Origin: Leidyana gryllorum EB-2025a
Taxonomy: Eukaryota; Protista; Apicomplexa
NCBI GenBank assembly: GCA_048772705.1
Contig: JBLWGC010000104.1
Coordinates: forward strand, 992,001-1,056,000
Reading direction: 5' to 3'
Length of the DNA: 64,000 bases
The first letter of the stretch is position 1, and every line of letters starts with the position of its first letter. Shown here in pieces: positions 34,030-43,044 of the stretch. The notes under the pieces are model-generated. The model saw only the letters and a list, made by a program, of their open reading frames with translations. It ran no database searches and had not been told where the DNA came from. The position numbers were made by a program, and so were the translations under genes.

Positions 34030-37000
34030 ATGAGTATTGATGACGCTGCGACCACTCCTGTGACCTCTACGGGTAGCCAAGTAGACGAATCAAGAGCTGC
34101 CTCCCGGCGTACCTTTAGTCTCCGAGTCTTCCGATATGGAGGGCCGAAAGACAAACTATTGACTGCGACAGCTGTGACATTGAATTTTATAGCTGGACTG
34201 GGATGGGTAAGATGCCCTACTCTGGAGAATCTCTATTAAGCATTTCTGCAGCCCGTCTTCCTTCTACTGTATGCCCAGATGGTCAGTGTGGCAAACGGGG
34301 TCCCAGGCCGAGATCTCTTCTGGTACTTCAAGTTGACTATGATTTTTGGTGCGACTGCATTTGTAGTTTGCTGGTTCGGGGCCACCACGATGGAGTTGGC
34401 TGCGGAACGTCAAACACAAATGATCCGATCCGAATTCATTCGAGGAATAACCAGACAAGAAATGGCCTGGTTTGATGAGTTTGGCGGGGGCCAGCTGGCC
34501 ACGAAACTGAGCGAATCGGTCAAACTAATTCGAGAATCCCTGGGTCTCAAGACCACTCAGTTGTGCTACAACGTCGGAGTTTTCGTTGGATCTTATATTG
34601 TATCATTTGCAAGAAGCTGGAAGATAACGTTGGTGGTATCTTGCTTCTTACCTGTGTTGATATGTTGCAATACCCTTATGGTACGGTACCTGGCGAAAGC
34701 CGGAGCGGCTGGCCGAGAGGCTTACAGTACTGCTGGTACTGTAGCTGAGGAAGCTTTTGGCGCCATCCGTACGATTGCCTCCTTGGGTCTTGAGAGCCGA
34801 ATGATCGATGACTTCACAAAACATTGTAATGAAAGTTTCCGACACGCCGTGAAAGGAGCTCTAACCGTTGCGATGGGATTGGGTATCAGTCTGTTCTCCG
34901 ATGTCTGTACACAAGGAGTGGGCTTTTGGTATGGCACCAAACTCGTTGCCGATGATCTACGTGATCACGGATACGAGGCCTGTATGACCGATCCGAATGT
35001 CCAATGTTTCGATGGAGGCCGAGCAATCCTTGTCGTCCACACATTGATCACTGCCGTATATGCCATTTCTCAAGTGGGTCCCTGCTTGGCAGCTCTGGCT
35101 CGAGCTTCGAGTGCTGTGCTGGATATCGATGAGCTCGTATCCAGACAGTCATTGATTGACCCCGAGAGTGAAGCTGGGAGGAAGGAAGCACCCGATGGGA
35201 CTCAACGGCTTAAAGGAGAAATCGAGATCAACAGACTCAAGTTTGCTTATCCAACGAGACGCGAGAAGAATGTCTTCTCGGACTTGAACCTCACAATCCC
35301 AGCCGGCAAGACTGTAGCGATAGTCGGCAGTAGTGGCAGTGGGAAGAGCACTATAGTTCAGCTGCTCGAACGCTTCTACGACCCACAAGAAGGCTCTGTC
35401 TCGATCGATGGGGTGGACGTACGACAATATAATGTCAAATGGCTCCGCAACCAGATGGCATTGGTGTCTCAAGAGCCACGCCTCCTGGCTGCGAGCATTC
35501 AGAACAATATCAAGACAGGACGACTGGGGATCGAGGAAGAAGTCAGCGATACCCTTATGGTGTCGGCAGCCAAGAACGCGAACGCCCATCAATTCATCCG
35601 CGATATGCCCAAGGGATACGACACATACTGTGGCGAGGGTGGAGGCCAATTGAGTGGAGGCCAAAAACAGCGGATCGCCATCGCACGAGCTATCATTCGC
35701 GATCCAGCTATCCTCATCCTCGACGAAGCCACGAGCGCCTTGGACAATGAATCAGAGAGAATTGTTCAAGACACACTGGACAAAGTGGTTGCAGAAATGA
35801 ATAAAACCACCATCATAATTGCCCACCGTCTCAGTACGATCAGGAAGGCCGATCTGATAGTCGTCCTGGATGATCCAACGGGAAAAGGTGCTGCAGTCGC
35901 CGAGAAAGGGACCCATGAAGAGCTGATGGCAATCGAAGACGGGCTATACAGAAGTCTGGTGCTGAATCAGGTCACCGACAAGGATGAAGGGAGAGAACAA
36001 CAATTTGAAGACCTTCTTGAAAACTTTGTCGATGACTTACCGAAACGCGAGCTCAGCGCATTGAGGCTGCGAAAGAAGTTTTCGACGAAAGAATCCTCTT
36101 CTCGTCATCCGAGTGTCCTCTTGAATACTGATGCCTCGCCACAGATCGACTCTGCCGCCGCATCCAAGGGGGTGGAAGGAAATGCTGTTGGATGGTGGCA
36201 GGTAATGAAGGTACTGAGACCATGGTGGGGTACCATGTGCTGGGGTGCCCTCTCAGCCATCATTCACGGCACTTCGTGGCCCGTCTTCGCTGTGGTAATG
36301 GGAAAGTTCATTCAAGTGCTCTTTGCTGAAGACGCTGATGAGGTCCGATCTGGTGGAAACCTATGGGGACCTCTGTTTTTTGCCTACGCTGCACTGATGG
36401 CTGGATCTCTGGTGGCTCAACAATTCTTCTTTGGGAAGAACGGTGCGCGGTTAGTTCAGGTGCTCCGACTCCGAACATTCCGAAGTATAATGTACCAAGA
36501 CATGGAGTTCTTCGACAAGCCGGAGTCTGCCACTGGAGACCTGAGTGAGGCGTTGAGCGCGGATGTTGTCGTACTCCAAGGATGGGCCGGAGAGAATATC
36601 GGTGTCTACATTCGATGTTTGACTACCGTTGTGGTCGCAACTGTCATCAGCTTCCAGGCGAACCTGAAACTGGGTGCCGTCTCGTTGGCAAGTTTCTGTA
36701 TATTGGCTCCCGCACTTGTCTTACAGTACAAGTTTGGTGGCTACTCACGGGCAGAAGATACGGGGAATCGAGGAGAGGGACGAGAGAGCGCTGGGTTTGT
36801 GGTCGGGGAAACCATATCCAACATCAAGATGGTGGCCGCATACTCTCTCGAGCAACACATGATCAGTAGATATGACAAAATCGTGGACCAAGACTACGTT
36901 GTGGGGCGCAAAAAGTGTTTCATACTCGGACTCGCCTATGGCTTCGTCATTGGAGGACAATGGTATGGACAAGGATTGGGTTACTGGTATGGATCCACGA

Positions 37001-38025
37001 TGGTCCAGAATGGAGAGGTTTCTGCCGAGACAATGTGGCGAGCAGTGTTGAGTTTCATCCTAGCGAGCTACTGCATCGCTATTGCTATGGCTTTCAGTGT
37101 GGACAATGTTGCCGCTCGGCGAGCAGCGGCCCGTATTTGGGAACTGAATGAGCGGAAGCCCAAAATCGATGCTCAAAGCTCGGAAGGCCGGGAAATCAAA
37201 ACGATGTCAGATCACCTACGTTTTGATAATGTCTACTTTCGATACCCTCAACGTCCCACCATTCCGGTCTACGACGGTCTATCCTTTGACCTGCAGAAAG
37301 GTCAGGTGGTGGCCCTTGTTGGCCCGAGTGGATGCGGGAAGTCCACCGCAGTGCAACTGATTGAGAGATTTTACGATGTCTCTGATGGCGATGTGGAAGT
37401 GTACATGGAGGGCATGAATGTTGTTGGGGCGACAAGTGGTGGTGGCGGCATCAGCATCGATGGGGTGGATGTTCGCGATCTCAATGTACAGTCTCTCCGA
37501 TCGACGATTGGATTGGTGAGCCAAGAACCTGTGCTTTTCGACCGTTCTATTGCGGAAAATATTGCCATGGCGAAAGAGGGGGGCGCCAGCATGGAGGAAG
37601 TGGAGAACGCTTGCAGATTAGCCAATGCGCACAGCTTTATCAGCACACTACCAGAAGGCTACAACACCAGTGTGGGAAAACGTGGCAATAGTCTCAGTGG
37701 TGGACAAAAGCAAAGAATCGCCATTGCTCGCGCACTCATTCGGAACCCTTCCCTGTTGATCTTGGATGAAGCCACGAGTGCATTGGACAGCGAGAGTGAG
37801 AGGATCGTTCAAGCGGCATTGGATGATCTGCTGGAGAATCATCGGACCAGTACCATTGTTATTGCTCATCGGCTGTCGACTGTCCGCAATGCCGACAAGA
37901 TCGTCGTTCTTGTGAACGAGGAGGGAAAGGGGGCCAAGGTCGCCGAAGTCGGTACTCATTCCCAATTGATGGATATTCAAGACGGTGTCTATAGACGACT
38001 GGTGGAGATTGCCCAGCAACAATGA
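34030..38025 (+). CDS. Full-size ABCB/MDR transporter, copy 3 (canonical motifs)
   Basis: Exon 1 34030-34206, intron 34207-34251. Walker A GSSGSGKS and GPSGCGKS; LSGGQKQR and LDEATSALD in both NBDs. Confidence 0.97.
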
Positions 38026-38366
38026 ATGATGCGACAAGGATTTATACAAAATTGAACATGTTTTCTTTCCTAATTCTGTGAATGGCAGTTGCGCGCTGAA
38101 CTGAGTACCGAAGCGTTCGTTAGTCGGCATACACACACTCTCTCTCTGTTGATCTTGTTGAGCACAGTAGAAGCCCGGTCGGGAAGATTAAGGTGACAGG
38201 GAGCATAACTTTGTTTGATTCCTCCGTTTGGCGGCCACTATACTTACTGTCGACGTGTTTGTAATGCAGGTGAGCATCAATCAAGCCTTCTAGAGTACGT
38301 GATCTGTCCCACATGATGTTAGATTTTGTGCAGGCGTGGACTTCGTTTTGGACCCTGTGAACGTGT

Positions 38367-41300
38367 ATGAGTCCCAAGACCAGCAATGAGGGTAGTCTCG
38401 CTGGGAAGTCTGGCGATCGAACAGACTTCATCGGCAAGTCTCCTCAGCAGAAAATGAAGAATGTGTTCAAATACTGTGATGCTGTAAACTGGACTCTTAT
38501 GCTTGCATCAGCCACTTCGAGCGTTGTGGCTGGACTGGCTTGGGTAAGTGAGCTCGCTCTTACGGCACTGTCTCTTATCACCATTTTCCGACAGCCGCAA
38601 TTCCTCTCATTCTTTGGCAGTATGGTGACTATTGCGACGGGGTTCAGGAACGACCATTATTTGGAGTGGTATTTGGATGCGACATTGATACTGGGAGCTT
38701 GTGCTTTTATTATGTGTTGGTTTAGTGCGACGAGTATTGAGATTGCTGCTGAACGACAGACCACGGTGATCCGATCCAAGTTTGTTCATGCTATTGCTCG
38801 ACAAGAGATGGGATGGTTCGACCAGTTCCAAGACGGGGAATTGGCTGAGATATTCAACAACTCTTTACGAATCATCCGCGAATGTGTTGGACTCAAGTTG
38901 ACCCAAGTCTTTTATCACAGTGGAGTTGTCATTGGTTGTTACGTGATGGCTTGGCGTAAACAGTGGAAAATCACACTCGCTGCCACCTCCACCGCTGTAC
39001 CGCTCGTTATCTGTGGTGTCTGGGTCGCTCGGTTCTACGTCTCTGACGAGAATCGCGCACGATCCGCATACCAGTCTAAAGCTGGTCGATTGGCCCAAGA
39101 AATGTTCTCGGCCATTAGAACTGTTGCCGGACTTGGGATGGAGAGTCAAGTTGTCGAAGAGTATAACACGGCTCTGGGCCGCGGCGCTCGCACCCAAAGC
39201 AGGAAAGCTGTCTGGAGAGTGTCTCTGGGTATGGGAGGAATGATTTTTCTCGACCTGATTACTCAAACTGTGGCGATATGGTACGCCAGCAACTTTGCAG
39301 CGCGTGACGTCGAAAAGTACGACCTCGAATCCTGCATGACCGACCCTGCGGTCAAATGCTTTGATGCCGGGAAGGTTCTATCTATTATGGTCTGTCTGAT
39401 CACAGCGGCTTATGGCTTGGGGCAGATCGGCTGTACCCTCTCTACCTTCACTCACGCATTTCGAGCGATGGAAAAAATTGACAGTTTCGTATCTCGACAG
39501 TCGAAGATCGACCCGGAAGACCCCACGGGCCTGCGACGGAGTCCGTTGGCTGCGAATATCGCTTCGAGCCAGACTCCACCTACAGGTCAGCAACCCCGTG
39601 GTAAAGAGCGAAGCAGTCTCAGTACTCTTGCGCCGCCCAATGTCAGCTCGTGGGCCACTCTTGCCGAGGAGAGTTCTCCGAGCCACTTCACCACCACTCC
39701 TTCCGAACCGGGAGAAACACTACAAGGCGGTGGAGACTGTCTGCGGGGACACATCGAATTTCGCAATGTAGCCTTCACATATCCCTGTGCTCCGACGAAG
39801 AAGATTTTTACCAATCTCAATCTAAAGATCCCAGCGGGGAAAACTGTCGCCATTGTCGGAGCGGATAATTGTGCAAAGTCATCTATCGTACATTTGCTTG
39901 AAAGATTTTATGATCCTGACTCGGGATCAATACTTATTGATGGGGAGGATGTGCGAATGTACAATGTGAAATGGTTGAGAAGCCAGATGGCCCTCATCTC
40001 GCAAGAACCTCAACTGTTTTCAGCCAGTATCAGTGATAACATCAAGTCGGGCCGCTATGGTGTTGATATGGATGTTGATGGTCTCAATGACATTGACATC
40101 ATTCTGGCGGCCAAAGTAGCCAATGCCCACAGCTTCATCGCGGACTTACCTGAACACTACCAAACCATTTGTGATAATGAATTAACCGTTAGACAACAAC
40201 AACAGATTGCGATCGCCAGAGCGATCTTCCGCAATCCTTCAATACTTATTATGGAGACCCTCGATAACGACACAGCGAAGATTGTCCAAGACAAGCTGGT
40301 GAAAAAGCTCACCACGACTCTGGTCATCAGCCATCATCCAACTGCAGCTATCCAGAATGCCGATCATATCATCGTTCTCGAGAATCCTGACACCAACGGA
40401 ACAATTGTTGCTGAAGAGGGTACTCATGACGAACTCATGGCGAAGCCGGACGGGCTTTACCGACATTTAGTGGAAACTTACCACCTTCTTCATCCCAATT
40501 TGACTTCGAACAAGGGAGACGCCAACGAGAATGCCTGCGCTACAACCAAACCGACCCCTCCGCCCAGCCGATTCGCACGCTTCAAGACGAGAAAGACAAA
40601 CAAACCGACCGATGAAGGTGGGCGAAAGTGTTTCGGACCGCCACAGTTGGTCCCCACTGTGCCTAAAAGTATCTATGCGGATATGGCGAGCGACGAGGAA
40701 TGGATTGAAGTGGCCGAAGGCAGCCGCGAAGGTTATTGGAGGGCGTGTCGAGGGGAAGCTGACGGCGGTCCCGATGACGGTTCCTCAACCGCCAAAGCTA
40801 AAGCTCGTTGCCACGCGCTGATCAACGAGGTTGGCCAATTTGTGTGGTTTGTTCGGGTGATGAGATTGCTGGATCGAAGGTGGAAGGCCATAGCAGCTTT
40901 TGGATGTGTCTCGGCTTTCATATCTGGTTTCCTATGGCCCTTATTTGGGGGTCTTCTTGGGCGATTTACTGCTGCTTTTTACAATGGCGAGCCGGACGGG
41001 ATAAGATCGTCTGCTCGATTCTGGGGTCCCGCCTTCATTGGCTACGCAGTTATTATGGGACTGACACAATTCGGTCTATACTACTTCTTTGGCAAAATAG
41101 CAGTGAGAGTCACGGAGAGATTACGGAAAGACATGTTTACCAACATTATACATCAAGAAATTGAGTTCTTCGACAACCCCAAATATTCCGTCAACAGACT
41201 TAATGATGTACTATGTGAAGATATTTTGACCATCAGGAGATGGCTCAGTGAAAGTATTGGAATGTATATACGGTGTATTGTCAGCATTCTCGTTGCACTC

Positions 41301-42761
41301 GTTGTTGGCTTTCAAGCCAACGCCAAACTGGACGGCATCTGTTTCGCCTGCTTCTGCGCATTCTCGCTAGCGTTGATATTACAGCACAAGTTTGGCCACT
41401 TTATGGGATCTCACAACTATTTCAAACGAGGGCTGCGCCATAAGAGGACCACCACACTCGCCATCGATGGCACAAGTGCCCATATGACCGTCATCGCGGC
41501 ATTCTCTCTTGAAGTGTATATGTGTCGTCGGTATGATCGGATAATAAACTTTGAGTACAAGAGAGCGAAGAGACAAGCCTTTGTGACAGGTGCCACTTAC
41601 GGATTGATCATGGGAGCTCAGCACTATTGCCAGGGCTTAGGCTACTACTACGCTAATCACCTCATTGAGCTGCGAGAGATCAACATTGATCAAGCATTGC
41701 GATCAACCAAGGCGTTCATCTACGCTGCCAATAGTGTGGCGCAAGCCCTTATGCACGCGGTCGAGGGAGCGGTCCTGTGCAAGGCTGCAACTCGGATTTG
41801 GCATTTGAAAGATCGCCAGTCCAGTCTCGATACTCGTTCTGACCCGGAACCGCCATATCCCCATCCGCTCATTGACGGATTGAAGGCCACGACCCCCGTG
41901 GGCGCAAGATCGATGGGAGCCTTTATTCCGACGCCCAGTACGATGACTCCTCCGACTCGAGCAGCCTGCGAGCTGAAATGTGACGCCCATTCCCCCAGTC
42001 GGACACTCGAATGCACCGCCCTCCATTTCGACAACGTCACCTTTTGGTACCCTCATCAGCCCGAAATCGTAGTGCTGAGAAATCTAACATTCGAAGCCAA
42101 ATCGGGCGAGCTCACAGCTTTGGTCGAACCAGACGAATGTGGAGGCAGCTCTGCTGCGACTGACTTGGTGCAGCGATTCTACGACATTTCACCGCACCGT
42201 GCCATCAATCTGAGCCCTCACAAAATGATTGGCCCCCCGTCTGTACAGGGCACAATCACTATCGGTGGGGTTGACATCCGGGATATGGGCATAGCTGATC
42301 TACGATCCAAAGTCTCAGTGATAGACTCTTCTACATTCATCTTCGATCGATCAGTGGCAGAGAACATCGCGGCGGCTGTTGGTGGGACGGCACCACTCGA
42401 GCAGATTCAGTTGGCATGCCGCATTGCTAACTTAGATACCGTCATTTCGCAATTGCCTCAGGGTTATGATACCAACGCTGTTGCAGCCCAGCTGACGGAG
42501 GGACAAATACAACGCCTGGCAGTCGCACGAGCAGTTTTGCGGAACACCGAGATACTGATAGTGAATGAGACATCCCGAGGTTTGGATAACGAAGCACAGA
42601 TGGTGATCCGGGGAACAATTGACCACCTTTTGGAGCTGCGAAAGGCCGAGTACCCCTCAGGTGTCACAATGATTATGTCGCATCCCTATGTGGCGTTGCA
42701 AACGTCAACGGCTGATAGGGTTGTAATGATGTCACAGGATGGAGATCCTTCTGACTACTGA
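38367..42761 (+). CDS. Full-size ABCB-like protein, copy 4, with both NBDs degenerate (candidate pseudo-ATPase)
   Basis: In-frame intron 38544-38594 at the same position as in copies 1-3. NBD1 GADNCAKS/LTVRQ/ILIMET; NBD2 EPDECGGS/LTEGQ/ILIVNET. The ORF is intact. Confidence 0.9.
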   Translation: MSPKTSNEGSLAGKSGDRTDFIGKSPQQKMKNVFKYCDAVNWTLMLASATSSVVAGLAWVSELALTALSLITIFRQPQFLSFFGSMVTIATGFRNDHYLEWYLDATLILGACAFIMCWFSATSIEIAAERQTTVIRSKFVHAIARQEMGWFDQFQDGELAEIFNNSLRIIRECVGLKLTQVFYHSGVVIGCYVMAWRKQWKITLAATSTAVPLVICGVWVARFYVSDENRARSAYQSKAGRLAQEMFSAIRTVAGLGMESQVVEEYNTALGRGARTQSRKAVWRVSLGMGGMIFLDLITQTVAIWYASNFAARDVEKYDLESCMTDPAVKCFDAGKVLSIMVCLITAAYGLGQIGCTLSTFTHAFRAMEKIDSFVSRQSKIDPEDPTGLRRSPLAANIASSQTPPTGQQPRGKERSSLSTLAPPNVSSWATLAEESSPSHFTTTPSEPGETLQGGGDCLRGHIEFRNVAFTYPCAPTKKIFTNLNLKIPAGKTVAIVGADNCAKSSIVHLLERFYDPDSGSILIDGEDVRMYNVKWLRSQMALISQEPQLFSASISDNIKSGRYGVDMDVDGLNDIDIILAAKVANAHSFIADLPEHYQTICDNELTVRQQQQIAIARAIFRNPSILIMETLDNDTAKIVQDKLVKKLTTTLVISHHPTAAIQNADHIIVLENPDTNGTIVAEEGTHDELMAKPDGLYRHLVETYHLLHPNLTSNKGDANENACATTKPTPPPSRFARFKTRKTNKPTDEGGRKCFGPPQLVPTVPKSIYADMASDEEWIEVAEGSREGYWRACRGEADGGPDDGSSTAKAKARCHALINEVGQFVWFVRVMRLLDRRWKAIAAFGCVSAFISGFLWPLFGGLLGRFTAAFYNGEPDGIRSSARFWGPAFIGYAVIMGLTQFGLYYFFGKIAVRVTERLRKDMFTNIIHQEIEFFDNPKYSVNRLNDVLCEDILTIRRWLSESIGMYIRCIVSILVALVVGFQANAKLDGICFACFCAFSLALILQHKFGHFMGSHNYFKRGLRHKRTTTLAIDGTSAHMTVIAAFSLEVYMCRRYDRIINFEYKRAKRQAFVTGATYGLIMGAQHYCQGLGYYYANHLIELREINIDQALRSTKAFIYAANSVAQALMHAVEGAVLCKAATRIWHLKDRQSSLDTRSDPEPPYPHPLIDGLKATTPVGARSMGAFIPTPSTMTPPTRAACELKCDAHSPSRTLECTALHFDNVTFWYPHQPEIVVLRNLTFEAKSGELTALVEPDECGGSSAATDLVQRFYDISPHRAINLSPHKMIGPPSVQGTITIGGVDIRDMGIADLRSKVSVIDSSTFIFDRSVAENIAAAVGGTAPLEQIQLACRIANLDTVISQLPQGYDTNAVAAQLTEGQIQRLAVARAVLRNTEILIVNETSRGLDNEAQMVIRGTIDHLLELRKAEYPSGVTMIMSHPYVALQTSTADRVVMMSQDGDPSDY

Positions 42762-43044
42762 TAGGTATCCATCCACACAGGCCACACCACTGCAGGATTT
42801 CTTCAACACTCTTTGAACCCGTGTGGAAATGCCTTTCTTCTGTGGCCAACCAACCACGATCAGGTACAACGGTGAGTGAGCTTAGACACGTGAGAAATGA
42901 AGTGTAGCGATTCAGTAGTGTTCACTCAATCACAAGTCGCCCAACACGGAATTGGTTCCACAAATCAATTTGCAGAAAGGGCCCATGCAAGATAGTGAAT
43001 CTGGTGTCAAAAAATAACACTATTTTTCGGCGGTTAAGGGGAGT

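Noticed and set aside
38367-42761. ABCB copy 4 as a simple pseudogene
   Set aside because: There are no stops or frameshifts over 4.4 kb despite heavy divergence, and the splice sites and Cys loop are retained.
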